Source of the DNA: Coriobacteriia bacterium
GTDB lineage: Bacteria > Actinomycetota > Coriobacteriia > WRKU01 > WQUG01
Direction: 5' to 3'
Assembly (NCBI GenBank): GCA_009781115.1
Contig: WQYT01000002.1
Span: forward strand, 1-54,581
DNA length: 54,581 bases
A program made the translations under genes and the position numbers. Below are positions 7,571 through 17,316 of this stretch, in pieces. Positions within the stretch are counted from its first letter, which is position 1. Every line of letters begins with the position of its first letter. Below the pieces are notes generated by a model. It saw only the letters and a list, made by a program, of their open reading frames with translations, ran no database searches and was not told the origin of the DNA.

Positions 7571-8764
7571 TCAGAACGTAATCGGGTTATCACCGCAAAA
7601 CATCTTCTTGTAGACGGGCGACATCGCGCGCAGCTTCTCGACGATGGGCACGAGCGCTTCGATGAACTCGTCGATGTCGGCCTCGGTGTTGTCTGCGCCC
7701 AGCGAGATGCGCAGGCTGCCGTGGGCGATGACCTGCGGCACGCCGATGGCCAAAAGCACATGGCTGGCTTCAAGCGATCCGGAACTGCAGGCAGAGCCCG
7801 TCGAAACAGAAAAGCCCAAGTTGTCGAGCTGGAGCAACATGGACTCGCCCTCGACGCCCTTGACCAGCAGCGACGCAATATTGGGCAGGCGCTCGCCGGA
7901 GTCAATGGTTGCCTGCGTGTTTTCCAGGCGCGAAGTGACCCCGTCGATCACGCGGTCACGCAGCGCCGCCAGGCGCAGGCCTTCAGCGTCGCGCGTCTCA
8001 AGCGCCAGCTCAAGGGCCCTTGCAAAGCCAACGGCGCCGGCCACATTCTGGGTGCCGCTGCGGCGCTTGGTCTCCTGCCCGCCGCCCTTGATAAGCGCGT
8101 CAAAGCGCACGCCGCGTTTGAGGTAGAGCGCGCCGACCCCCTTGGGGCCGTGCAGCTTATGCGCAGAAAACGACGCCATGTCAACGCCGAGCTCGGTCAC
8201 GTCAAAGGGGATCTTTCCCAGCGACTGCACCGCGTCGGTGTGCATGAGTGCGCCGACCTCATGGGCCGCGACCGCAATGGCCTTGATGTCGTTGATGGCG
8301 CCGATCTCGTTGTTGCTGTGCATGATGCTGACGAGTTTGGTGTCCTTGCGCAGCGCGGCTTTGACGTCTGCGGGATCAACATGCCCGTCCTTGCGCGGTT
8401 TGACCAACGTCAGGTCGTAGCCGTGCTTGCCCAGCCACTCGGCGGTCTCCAGCACGGCGTCATGCTCATAAGCTGAGGTCACCAGATGCCCGCCGTCGGG
8501 CGCTACTTTGCGCAGTGTCGAGAAGAAGGCCGCGTTGTCAGCCTCGCTGCCCCCGCTCGTGAATACGACCTCAGCGGGACGGGCTGCTCCAATGCCCGCC
8601 GCGAACTTTTCACGCGCGGCCTCAAGGGCCCGGGCCGCCTCGCGCCCCAGGGTATAGAGCGAGTTTGCGTTACCAAACTTCTCGGTAAAATAAGGGAGCA
8701 TCGCCTCGGTAACCCTTGGATCCATCGGAGACGTAGCGGCGTAATCAAAATACTTACTGCCCAT
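7571..8764 (-). CDS. nifS: Cysteine desulfurase (NifS/IscS class)
   Basis: 397 aa: YFDYAATSP, SGGSEADN, SAHKLHGPKG (PLP lysine), SSGSACSSG (active-site Cys loop). Confidence 0.9.
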   Translation of the reverse strand: MGSKYFDYAATSPMDPRVTEAMLPYFTEKFGNANSLYTLGREAARALEAAREKFAAGIGAARPAEVVFTSGGSEADNAAFFSTLRKVAPDGGHLVTSAYEHDAVLETAEWLGKHGYDLTLVKPRKDGHVDPADVKAALRKDTKLVSIMHSNNEIGAINDIKAIAVAAHEVGALMHTDAVQSLGKIPFDVTELGVDMASFSAHKLHGPKGVGALYLKRGVRFDALIKGGGQETKRRSGTQNVAGAVGFARALELALETRDAEGLRLAALRDRVIDGVTSRLENTQATIDSGERLPNIASLLVKGVEGESMLLQLDNLGFSVSTGSACSSGSLEASHVLLAIGVPQVIAHGSLRISLGADNTEADIDEFIEALVPIVEKLRAMSPVYKKMFCGDNPITF

Positions 8765-8981
8765 CGTTGATTATCCTTCTTTCTTTTATGTCAGCGCCCA
8801 GCGCTGCATGCCACAGGTTTTTAACAACACGGGCGACAAATCGCCTGTACAATTCGTAGATTTATCATCGCATGCAGGGTAGCCAATGAACAGAATATGT
8901 AACCCGGGTTTCATTATTTTTTGCCGAACGGCCCGAAATCCGGATGAGCGGCAGTTATGACGGGGAGATTTGTCGCAGGGC

Positions 8982-9575
8982 TCAGGCGCGCTCTTGGGCA
9001 AACTTGTAGAGGTACTTGGCGACCAGATCGACTTCGATGTTGACGGGGGCGTCAAGCGAGAGGTCTTGTAAGGTTGTTTGCTCGGCGATGGCCGGGACCA
9101 GCAGGCAGGTCACCAAGTCCCGGTCCAGGCGCGTGATATTCAGCGAAACGCCATTGATGGCGATCGGTCCATTCTCGATAAGGTACTGCGCCAGGGCAAG
9201 CGGCACGCGGAAGGTATATGAGAGCGTATTGCCAGACGCGTTGCGCTGTTCAAGGATGCCGATGCCGTCAGTGATGCCGGTCAGCGTGTGTCCGCCAACC
9301 CGGTCCGAGACCCGCAGGCCGCGCTCAAGATTGACTTTCTGGCCGGTCGTCAGCTCCCCGAGCGTCGTGTGATCATGCGCGTCGCTCGTGATATCTGCGG
9401 CAAAAGAGCCGCGCGCAAACTGCGCGATGGCGAGCTTTTCCCCATCAACGGCAACCGCGTCGCCGATGGCCATGTCGCGCCCAAAATCGGGGGCATAAAT
9501 CTCGATCTGCGCGCCCGGGCCGCAGACCACAATCTGAGAGACGATCCCCACCGCTTCTATGACGCCTGCAAACAT
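8982..9575 (-). CDS. ribE: Riboflavin synthase alpha chain / lumazine-binding domain protein
   Basis: MFAGVIEAVG..GDAVAVDG.. followed by a second half with INGVSLNI. The start was trimmed to the ATG at 9575 because the upstream part of the track ORF is repeat sequence. No other rib genes and no FMN riboswitch are visible nearby. Confidence 0.7.
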   Translation of the reverse strand: MFAGVIEAVGIVSQIVVCGPGAQIEIYAPDFGRDMAIGDAVAVDGEKLAIAQFARGSFAADITSDAHDHTTLGELTTGQKVNLERGLRVSDRVGGHTLTGITDGIGILEQRNASGNTLSYTFRVPLALAQYLIENGPIAINGVSLNITRLDRDLVTCLLVPAIAEQTTLQDLSLDAPVNIEVDLVAKYLYKFAQERA

Positions 9576-9592
9576 GCTAATCCCCTTAGTAA

Positions 9593-9689
9593 CTGGATTG
9601 CCGCGACACTGCGCGTCTCGCGATGACAACAAAAAGCAACACAGCGCCTTGCTCGTCATTGCGAGGAGCAAAGCGACGTGGCAATCCAG
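9593..9689. repeat. Inverted pair of CTGGATTGCCGCG...TCGCGATGAC repeat units
   Basis: CTGGATTGCCGCGACACTGCGCGTCTCGCGATGAC (9593-9627) faces GTCATTGCGAGGAGCAAAGCGACGTGGCAATCCAG (9655-9689). Same family as the 39037-39178 array. Confidence 0.8.
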
Positions 9690-9733
9690 TCAAAACACAA
9701 CACGACGCGCAGCAAAGCGCGCCACTACAAAAT

Positions 9734-10444
9734 TCAGTTGGCATCAACAAAGCTCCCCGCCAACTCTTCGTCGCACTTCCTTTGTGCCGAGACGCCCGCC
9801 GCCCTGATGGCTGCCAGCGCCGCCGCCGGATCAATTGCGCCAAAGATCGCGTTTCCTGCCACCAGGCAGGTCGCCCCGGCAGCGGCGACTTCCGGCGCTG
9901 TCAAAGCATTGATGCCACCATCGACCGAGATCAGCGGCTCGAGGCCAGCAAAACGGCACATATCGTCAAGCTCCGCAATGCGACCCGTCGCGCGTTCAAT
10001 GAAGCTTTGGCCCCCAAAGCCCGGGTTGACGCTCATGATGAGCACCAGATCGACCAGCTCAAGAACCTCCTCGGCAAAGTCCAGCGGCGTGGCCGGATTA
10101 AGCGCGATCCCGGCGCGCGCGCCGCGCTCACGGATGTGGCGTAAGACCCGATCCAGATGGCGACAGGCTTCGACGTGGACCGTCACATAGTCAGCGCCCG
10201 CGTCCAGATACCAGTCAACGCAGTCATCGGCGTTTGTGATCATCAGGTGCGCGTCAAGCGGCAGCGCAGTAGCAGCCTTCAGCGCCCGTATGACCGGCGG
10301 GCCAAAGGTCAGATTCTCGACAAAGTGCCCGTCCATGATATCAAGATGAAGCAGATCGGCGCCCGCTGCCTCCATCAGGCGCGCCTCTTCCTCCAGCCTG
10401 GCAAAGTTGCAGGACAAAAGCGACGGAGCTATCAAGAGCGTCAT
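9734..10444 (-). CDS. rpe: Ribulose-phosphate 3-epimerase
   Basis: IAPSLLSCNFARLEEE..LHLDIMDGHFV..MSVNPGFGGQ. Confidence 0.9.
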   Translation of the reverse strand: MTLLIAPSLLSCNFARLEEEARLMEAAGADLLHLDIMDGHFVENLTFGPPVIRALKAATALPLDAHLMITNADDCVDWYLDAGADYVTVHVEACRHLDRVLRHIRERGARAGIALNPATPLDFAEEVLELVDLVLIMSVNPGFGGQSFIERATGRIAELDDMCRFAGLEPLISVDGGINALTAPEVAAAGATCLVAGNAIFGAIDPAAALAAIRAAGVSAQRKCDEELAGSFVDAN

Positions 10445-11439
10445 AGGGGCATCTCGCTTCCCTGCGGGCGATCCATCAGCAACGGCAGCGCGTCTTTGGG
10501 GCGCAGGCTGTGATAGAGCATCTCGTAGACCACCTCAATGATGGGCACCGCGATGCCACGCTGCAGTGCCAGATGATGCAAGGCGCGACAGGCCACAGCC
10601 CCTTCGACGACCATCTTTGTGGCCTCTTCATAGCCCTGCAGGGTGCCGCCCTGGGCAATCAGCTCGCCCAGGCTGCGGTTGCGCGAGTGCTGCGAGGTGC
10701 AGGTGACCACGAGGTCGCCCATGCCCGCCAGGCCCATGTAGGTCCGCTGATCAGCGCCGACCGCCGCGCCCAGGCGCGCGAGTTCTGCCAGGCCACGCGT
10801 CATCAGCGAGGCCTTTGCGTTATCCCCGAAGCCCAGACCGTCGCAGACGCCGCAGGCGATCGCGATGACGTTTTTGCCCGTGCCGCACATCTCGACGCCG
10901 ACCAGGTCGGTATTGGTGTAAACCCGGAAAAAGCTTGTTGCAAACAGCCCCTGGAAGAACTCGGCGGTTGCCTGAGAGCTGGAGGCCACGACCGTCGCCG
11001 ACGGCATGCCGCGACTGACCTCCTCGGCGTGATTGGGCCCGGACAGACCAGCGATGCGACCCGGATGGCCAAACTCCTCCTCAAGTACCTGGGTCATCAG
11101 CAAAGAACTACCGTCCTCGATGCCCTTGCTTAAGATGACGACCGGCACCTCGGCGCCCAGATGTGGCGCCATCGCATGAGCGGTCGCGCGCACGCCCACC
11201 GACGGCGTGACCATGACGACCGCGCGCGCCTCGCGTAAGACGGATTCAAGCTCATGCGAAGCGGTGACCCGCTCAGAAAAGCGCACGTCGGGCAGATAGA
11301 CGGGGTTGCGGTGCTCGGTGGTAACGGACTGCGCGATCTCTGGCTCGCGCGCCCAGAGCGCCACGTCATGGCCCTTCTGGTCCAGAAGCCAGCTGATAGC
11401 CGTACCCCAGGAACCGGCCCCAATGACTGCAACGTGCAT
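10441..11439 (-). CDS. gpsA: NAD(P)H-dependent glycerol-3-phosphate dehydrogenase
   Basis: VAVIGAGSWGTA, NPVYLP, SKGIE, GPNHAEEV, KNVIAIA. Confidence 0.9.
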   Translation of the reverse strand: MHVAVIGAGSWGTAISWLLDQKGHDVALWAREPEIAQSVTTEHRNPVYLPDVRFSERVTASHELESVLREARAVVMVTPSVGVRATAHAMAPHLGAEVPVVILSKGIEDGSSLLMTQVLEEEFGHPGRIAGLSGPNHAEEVSRGMPSATVVASSSQATAEFFQGLFATSFFRVYTNTDLVGVEMCGTGKNVIAIACGVCDGLGFGDNAKASLMTRGLAELARLGAAVGADQRTYMGLAGMGDLVVTCTSQHSRNRSLGELIAQGGTLQGYEEATKMVVEGAVACRALHHLALQRGIAVPIIEVVYEMLYHSLRPKDALPLLMDRPQGSEMPL

Positions 11440-11448
11440 CCTGACCTC

Positions 11449-12174
11449 CTAGTGATCTTCCTGCGCCTGCCCGCGACTGGCCCCGAGTTTATTCTCGGTG
11501 CCCGCGCGCAAACGAACGATGTTGCCTCGATGTAACCATATAACGAACAGCGCCGCCACGACCGAGAAGATGATGAATGGTAACGATGGGTAAAACAGCC
11601 ACATTGAAAAGGGCAGCGCGACAGCTATCGTCATTGAGGCGACCGAAACATAGCGTGTCGCCAGAAGCATGATTAGAAACAACGGCAAAAGAATAAGCAC
11701 CACTTTGGGGACCATGGCAAGAAGGATGCCGCCGGTAGCTGCCACGGCCTTGCCCCCCGTAAAGTTGATATAGGGCGAAAACGCGTGCCCGACAATGGCC
11801 GCAACCGCGCAGGCAATCAGCGCCCAGTACGCGGCCAGGGCCGGATAGCCCCCTATGCGGTACGCAACACGGACCAGCGGCGACAGCGTGCCGTAGTAGG
11901 CCGCGCTTGCGTTCATGGGCACAAACAAGCGCGCCAGATAGATCGCCACCGCACCTTTCAGGCAGTCAAGAATCAGCACGATCGTGCCTGCCACCGGGCC
12001 CAGACAGCGATACGCATTAGTCGTGCCCAGGTTGCCCGATCCCAGTTTGCGCAGGTCTTTACGGTAAAATACCTTGCCCACGATCAGCGAGAACGGGATC
12101 GCGCCCAGAAAATAGCACACGATGATGAGCAGTATGAACCCCAACCACAGGGGTATATGGAGCTGAGCAAGCAT
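11449..12174 (-). CDS. plsY: Glycerol-3-phosphate acyltransferase PlsY
   Basis: GAIPFSLIVGK..DLRKLGSGNLGTTNA and a multi-TM profile. Confidence 0.88.
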   Translation of the reverse strand: MLAQLHIPLWLGFILLIIVCYFLGAIPFSLIVGKVFYRKDLRKLGSGNLGTTNAYRCLGPVAGTIVLILDCLKGAVAIYLARLFVPMNASAAYYGTLSPLVRVAYRIGGYPALAAYWALIACAVAAIVGHAFSPYINFTGGKAVAATGGILLAMVPKVVLILLPLFLIMLLATRYVSVASMTIAVALPFSMWLFYPSLPFIIFSVVAALFVIWLHRGNIVRLRAGTENKLGASRGQAQEDH

Positions 12175-12178
12175 CGAC

Positions 12179-13507
12179 TCACTCCCCCTTCTTCTTGAAC
12201 TTCAGGGTTATCGGCGTTCCTGTCAGATCGAAACGCTCCCGCAGACGATTCTCAAGATAGCGCTCAAAGCTCTCGTCTGCAAGTTGAGGGAAGTTACAGA
12301 AAAACGTAAAACCCGGCGGGCCGGTGTGGGTCTGCGTCACGTAGTTTAAGCGCAGGGTCTTGCCCTGGTGGCTGACGGTGTGACCAAAGTCGCGCAGCTC
12401 GGTAAGCAGGCGGTTAAGCGCGCTGGTCGAGATCTGCTGCTGGGCGCTGTCGTAGGCGGCCTTGACCGTATCGAGCACGAGCTCGACCCCGCGTCCTGTC
12501 AGCGCCGACAGGCGGACACGGGGCGCCCACGCGGCAAAGGTCAGGCGGTCTTCGAGGCGGCCCAGAAGCTCTTCGCGCTGCTCTTCTTCGCCCCGCATGA
12601 GGTCCCACTTGTTGACCGCGACAACCAGCGCGCAGCCACGCGAGATCGCAAAGTTTGCAATGCGCTGATCCTGGTCGGTCAGCCCGACCGAGGCGTCGAT
12701 GAGCAAGACGGCCACGTCGGCGCGCTCAAGCGCCCGCATCGCGCGCACAAAGCCGTAATACTCGACGTCATCGGTAATAAGCCCCTTGCGTCGCAGGCCC
12801 GCCGTGTCGATCAGGGTGTAGAGGCGGTCCTTGTAGGTAATCTGCGTGTCAATCGTGTCGCGCGTTGTGCCCGCCACGTCGCTTACCATCGAACGCTCGC
12901 GGCCCACCAGACGGTTGAGTAGCGAGGACTTGCCCGCGTTGGGGCGCCCCAGCAGGGCGACCTTGATGCTGTCATCGGCGGGCGGGGCGCCAGCGGACTG
13001 CGGCAGCGCGCCGACGACCAAGTCAAGCAGGTCGCCTGTGCCGTTGCCGTGGGTGGCAGAAACCGGTATTGGCTCGCCGAGCCCCATCTGGTAAAACGCA
13101 TAGGTCTCGGCAAGCGATCCGGGTGTGTCAACCTTGTTGACTACTAAGATTACGGGCTTTTTTGCACGCTTGATGAGGCGCGCAACCTGCTCGTCTTCTG
13201 AAGTGACGTCTCCGCGTCCATCGACCAGCAGCAGGATCAGGTCGGCCTCCTCTATCGCCATCTGGGCCTGGGCCTTTATCCCCAGCTGGAACTGGTCAGT
13301 CGAGCTGATTTCGATGCCGCCGGTATCGACCAGGACAAAGTAGCGCCCGTTCCACTCGCACGGTGCATAGCTGCGGTCGCGCGTGACGCCGGCGCGCGCG
13401 TGCACGATGGCGTCGTCGGTGCGCGCCAGCCGATTGACCAGCGTGGACTTTCCCACGTTGGGGCGCCCCACCACGGCCACGATCGGGAGTCGATCTTGCT
13501 CGCTCAT
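12179..13507 (-). CDS. der: Ribosome biogenesis GTPase Der (EngA)
   Basis: Two tandem G domains (GRPNVGKST and GRPNAGKSS P-loops, DTGG / DTAG, NKVD / NKWD) plus a KH-like C-terminus. Confidence 0.92.
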   Translation of the reverse strand: MSEQDRLPIVAVVGRPNVGKSTLVNRLARTDDAIVHARAGVTRDRSYAPCEWNGRYFVLVDTGGIEISSTDQFQLGIKAQAQMAIEEADLILLLVDGRGDVTSEDEQVARLIKRAKKPVILVVNKVDTPGSLAETYAFYQMGLGEPIPVSATHGNGTGDLLDLVVGALPQSAGAPPADDSIKVALLGRPNAGKSSLLNRLVGRERSMVSDVAGTTRDTIDTQITYKDRLYTLIDTAGLRRKGLITDDVEYYGFVRAMRALERADVAVLLIDASVGLTDQDQRIANFAISRGCALVVAVNKWDLMRGEEEQREELLGRLEDRLTFAAWAPRVRLSALTGRGVELVLDTVKAAYDSAQQQISTSALNRLLTELRDFGHTVSHQGKTLRLNYVTQTHTGPPGFTFFCNFPQLADESFERYLENRLRERFDLTGTPITLKFKKKGE

Positions 13508-14901
13508 TGGGGCCTGCCTCCTGCCAGATCTATAAGCGCACGCGCCAGGGAGGCGGCGGTCGGCGTGAAAAAGATGACCGGCGCAGGCGCCTGTGCGGTC
13601 AGTTCAGGCGCGCTCTGGCCGTCCAGCGTCAGCCCTTCATGGTTAAAGAGCGCGTCGGGAACCAGGTAGGTCGTTGGCAGGGTGAGTCGCTCGCTGTCAT
13701 AGGTGACTGCGCCGGCGATGTCGCTTGCCGCAAGCAGCGCCGTCACGCTGACTGTGCCTCCGAGGAAGTCATTTCGCACGGGGAGCAGCCGGACTTTGCC
13801 ACCCGCGCCTATCGCGGAGAGCGCGCCCAGCAGGGTGTCGCGGATCAGCTCGCCGCAGACCAGCGTGACGGCCTCTGACTGCTCTGGCAGTAAAGAGAGC
13901 GCTTGCTGGAGCTGGGGCAGGTGCTCCTTGAAGTCCTCGATCAGGCCCCAGACCATGCCGATGCCGTTTTCATACTGGGGAAAGCCGCCGTAGTATTTTG
14001 CCAGCGGGAAGGGCGCCTGGGCCGTGATATAGAACTCGTCTGCCAGGCTGACCCAGTCCCAGCCCTGGGCCTCCTCCTCGGCAAACTGATAGCGCTGGAC
14101 CTGCTCGATCACGCGCGCCGCGTCCAGCTGGTCGCGATAATCCGGAAGCGGGCTGGCGTCTTCCGGTTGCTTCGCATACCTGGTCCAGGCAACGGGCACG
14201 ATGCCGACGCTGGCAACATGGGGCTTACGTTGTGGATCCGCCAGATAGAGCAGCGTTTCATCCAGCACCTCGCCGTCGTTGACACCCGGGACCAGTACGA
14301 TCTGGATGTGGATGTCGATATCAGCCGCCAGCAACTGGTCAAGCACTTCCAGGCCGCGTGCCTGCCGCGGTCCGATCAGGCGCTCACGCACGTCTGGATC
14401 TGCCGCATGCAGCGAGACATGCAGCAGCGACAGGCGTTGCTCAATGATGCGCGCGACCTCTGTGTCATCAAGATTGGTCAGCGTGACGAAATTGCCCTGC
14501 AAAAACGAGAGCCGGTAGTCGTCGTCACGCAGATACAGCGTCGGACGCAGATGCGGCGGCAATTGTTTCATAAAGCAAAACTTACAATTATTAGCGCAGG
14601 TCTTGACGCCATCAAAGAGCGGATCGGCGACCTCAAAACCCCAGTCCTGGCCAGGGTGGCGCGTCAGCGTGAGCGTGCGCTGCTGTCCCTGCGGGTCGGC
14701 GACAAGAACCTCGACGGACTCGCCATCGCTGTACCAGCGCCAGTCGATCAGATCGCGCAGCGCCTGGCCGTCTGCTTCAAGCAGCTGGTCGCCACAGCGC
14801 AGCCCGCCCACAGCAGCCGGGCTGTTAGCTTCGACCTGCGTGATCACGCCGCCTGGCTGCCCGTCCGCCTCAGGACGTTCATAGTGCGCAGACTGCTTCA
14901 C
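13504..14901 (-). CDS. PDZ / radical-SAM-like / DUF512 protein of unknown function
   Basis: PDZ-like N-terminus (AAVGGLRCGDQLLEADG), CANNCKFCF (a CX3CX2C motif) and LSFLQGNFVTLTNL. It overlaps der by 4 nt. Confidence 0.7.
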   Translation of the reverse strand: MKQSAHYERPEADGQPGGVITQVEANSPAAVGGLRCGDQLLEADGQALRDLIDWRWYSDGESVEVLVADPQGQQRTLTLTRHPGQDWGFEVADPLFDGVKTCANNCKFCFMKQLPPHLRPTLYLRDDDYRLSFLQGNFVTLTNLDDTEVARIIEQRLSLLHVSLHAADPDVRERLIGPRQARGLEVLDQLLAADIDIHIQIVLVPGVNDGEVLDETLLYLADPQRKPHVASVGIVPVAWTRYAKQPEDASPLPDYRDQLDAARVIEQVQRYQFAEEEAQGWDWVSLADEFYITAQAPFPLAKYYGGFPQYENGIGMVWGLIEDFKEHLPQLQQALSLLPEQSEAVTLVCGELIRDTLLGALSAIGAGGKVRLLPVRNDFLGGTVSVTALLAASDIAGAVTYDSERLTLPTTYLVPDALFNHEGLTLDGQSAPELTAQAPAPVIFFTPTAASLARALIDLAGGRPQ

Positions 14902-15752
14902 GCTACAAGCTCCTCGATGCGCGCGACCACCGCGGCCAGATGCTCGGCCGGCGTCGAGGCGCCTGCCGTCACGCCGATGCGCTGCACGCCGGAAAACCAG
15001 GCCTGCTCAAGCTCTTCGGGCCGCTCAATGTGATAGGTGCGGGCGCCCCCGTCGCGGCTGATAGCGGCCAGACGCGTCGTGTTGCCGGAGTTCTGGCCCC
15101 CGACGACCACCATCACTTCTGAGTCAAGCGCCAGCTCGCGCGTGGCTTCCTGGCGCTTGCTGGTCGCGTCACAGATCGTGTTGTAAATGCGCAGCTCCTG
15201 ACAGCGCCCCATCAGCGCCGCGGTAACTGCCTGCAAGACGTCAAGCGTCTGCGTAGTCTGAACCACGACGCCCGCTTTGTGCGCAGAGAAATCGGCAGGA
15301 ATGTCATCAAACGATGAAACGACCAATGCGCTGGCGTCTGCATGCGAGCGCACGGCGATGACCTCAGGATGATCAGGCTCTCCGATGATAATAACCTGGT
15401 AGCCCTCCGCAGATAGCGTCCGCACGGCCTGCTGGACCTTGCGCACATAGGGGCAGGTCGCGTCGATGACCGTGATGCCGCGCTCCTGAGCCTCGGTAAT
15501 GCGCGCAGCCTCAACTCCGTGGGTGCGGATGATGAGCGTGTCCTCTGCGCTGAGGCTGTCAACAGCGCCGGTGACCGCGACCCCCTCGCCGGCAAGCTCT
15601 GCAACCACGCGCGGGTTGTGGATCAGCGGACCGAGCGTGTAGGCGTGCCCCGTCTGCCCGGGGCGCCCGGCTGCTTCATGCGCCAGCTTAAGCGCGCGCT
15701 CGACCCCATAGCAGACGCCCGCATCACGGGCTATGCGGATCTGCGGGATCAT
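14898..15752 (-). CDS. ispH: 4-hydroxy-3-methylbut-2-enyl diphosphate reductase
   Basis: GVCYGVERA, GPLIHNP, DATCPYV, ICDATSKRQ. Confidence 0.9.
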   Translation of the reverse strand: MIPQIRIARDAGVCYGVERALKLAHEAAGRPGQTGHAYTLGPLIHNPRVVAELAGEGVAVTGAVDSLSAEDTLIIRTHGVEAARITEAQERGITVIDATCPYVRKVQQAVRTLSAEGYQVIIIGEPDHPEVIAVRSHADASALVVSSFDDIPADFSAHKAGVVVQTTQTLDVLQAVTAALMGRCQELRIYNTICDATSKRQEATRELALDSEVMVVVGGQNSGNTTRLAAISRDGGARTYHIERPEELEQAWFSGVQRIGVTAGASTPAEHLAAVVARIEELVA

Positions 15753-16618
15753 GCGGAGGGGTCCTTTTCGGGGGCCTTTTGCCCCGATTCAACAGACGGC
15801 GCGCCGAAGTCGTCGCAGCTTGCGCATGAATCCGGAGTTGTAGTTGGCTCATCGCCTCCTGCTGCGTTGGCGTGAACTTCACCCATCTTCTGCTTGACGG
15901 TTGCGCCTGCCTGGTGCTTGTGTTCCAGACGTCCCGTGCGCGCCAGCTCAGCTTCATCCATCTGCGCGGCAATCGCTGCCATAACGGCTGTGGTCATGGC
16001 GTCCATGCGCTCGCGCCGCGCGCCTTCAAACTGCTCAGGATAGAGCGGCTTGCCAATGCGCACAAACACGCGAGGCAGCCGCGGCAGGTGCGCCGTAATC
16101 TCACTGGTACCCACGATGCCCACCGGCACGATCGGTATGTTGTTGCGGATCGACAGGAACGCGACGCCAGTCAAAGCCTCGCCCAGCTCACCTCCCGTCT
16201 TGTCACGGACCCGGCGTCCCTCCGGAAATATCCCCAGGCTGTCGCCTGCCTTCAGAAGCTTTTCGCAGTCAGCAATCATGCGGCGATCTGCCGTGCCCCG
16301 CTCGACCGGAATCGAGCCGATATGGTGAAATATCCAGGCAAGAAACGAACTGGCCTCATACATCTCGCTCTTGATAAGAAAGTGCGTCTGGTGGCGGTAC
16401 TTTCTCTGGAGCGTGCAGAGCAGCAGACCGTCAACATAGCTAACATGATTGCCCGAGATAATGATCGGGCCGTCCGGGACGTTATCCAGCCCCGCCACCT
16501 TCACGCGAAAGATCGTGCGAACAGCCCAGCCCACTACCGGAACCGCCACGCGGAAAAAGCCCCAGCTTGGGGCATCTGGCCCCTGATAGGGCTTGCCGAC
16601 CCGGTCGCGCATCTTCAT
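15749..16618 (-). CDS. plsC: 1-acyl-sn-glycerol-3-phosphate acyltransferase
   Basis: NHVSYVD (HX4D motif) and FPEGRR. Confidence 0.8.
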   Translation of the reverse strand: MKMRDRVGKPYQGPDAPSWGFFRVAVPVVGWAVRTIFRVKVAGLDNVPDGPIIISGNHVSYVDGLLLCTLQRKYRHQTHFLIKSEMYEASSFLAWIFHHIGSIPVERGTADRRMIADCEKLLKAGDSLGIFPEGRRVRDKTGGELGEALTGVAFLSIRNNIPIVPVGIVGTSEITAHLPRLPRVFVRIGKPLYPEQFEGARRERMDAMTTAVMAAIAAQMDEAELARTGRLEHKHQAGATVKQKMGEVHANAAGGDEPTTTPDSCASCDDFGAPSVESGQKAPEKDPSA

Positions 16619-17316
16619 TGCAGCGCCCCCTCTTGATGGTGCAGACGAGCAACACGGGCCCAGGCAAGAATACGGTCGATGACCTCGTCCAGCGCCAGAT
16701 CGGTCGTGTCAAGCGTTCGCGCGTCGCCAGCCGCCTTCAGCGGAGAATGCTGGCGGCTGCTGTCAGCCTCATCGCGCGCGATAAGCGCCTCGTAAGCGCC
16801 GCGACGATCCTGCTCGCCGGCAGGGTCGCGCTCCTCATTTTGCTGAATACGGCGGAATGCCCGAACTTTCGGGTCAGCGGTCAGAAACACCTTGAGGCCC
16901 GCATCCGGAAACACCACCGTTCCAATGTCGCGGCCCTCGACCACCGTGTCATGTTGGGCGGCAAGCGCACGCTGCTGGGCAACCAGCGCGGCGCGCACGC
17001 CCGGCTGGCGCGCCACCACACTGACCCCGGCATCAGTTTCTGGCAGGCGGATGGCCCGCGTGACGTCTTCGCCGTCAATGACAACCTGCGACGGCAGGGC
17101 CTCGCCTGTGGTATACCCAAACTCAATGGGCAGCGTGCGTGCCAGCTCAGCCAGCGCCGCCTCATCTTCAAGCGCAATGCCACGGGAAGCCGCCGCGACC
17201 GTCAAGGCACGATACATCGCCCCGGTATCCAGGTAATAAAATTCCAAATGAGTCGCCACCATGCGAGCGACCGTCGATTTTCCCGACCCCGCCGGGCCGT
17301 CGATAGCTATGATCAT
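16615..17316 (-). CDS. cmk: Cytidylate kinase
   Basis: IAIDGPAGSGKSTVAR..YLDTGAMYR. Confidence 0.92.
   Translation of the reverse strand: MIIAIDGPAGSGKSTVARMVATHLEFYYLDTGAMYRALTVAAASRGIALEDEAALAELARTLPIEFGYTTGEALPSQVVIDGEDVTRAIRLPETDAGVSVVARQPGVRAALVAQQRALAAQHDTVVEGRDIGTVVFPDAGLKVFLTADPKVRAFRRIQQNEERDPAGEQDRRGAYEALIARDEADSSRQHSPLKAAGDARTLDTTDLALDEVIDRILAWARVARLHHQEGALQ

Noticed and set aside
9576-9733. FMN riboswitch upstream of ribE; lysine riboswitch upstream of lysC/dapA
   Set aside because: The ribE spacer is fully explained by the inverted repeat pair and lacks the conserved FMN-element core. lysC and dapA are preceded by only 12-48 nt.
13903-15033. Long plus-strand ORFs of 150-376 aa (for example 13903..15033, 1479..2294, 32456..33397, 34229..35209, 6036..6863, 27509..28573, 22467..23252)
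   Set aside because: They lie antisense to confidently identified minus-strand genes. Their translations are Arg/Ala/Gly/His-rich with no recognisable motifs. They are typical shadow ORFs of GC-rich DNA where stop codons are rare.
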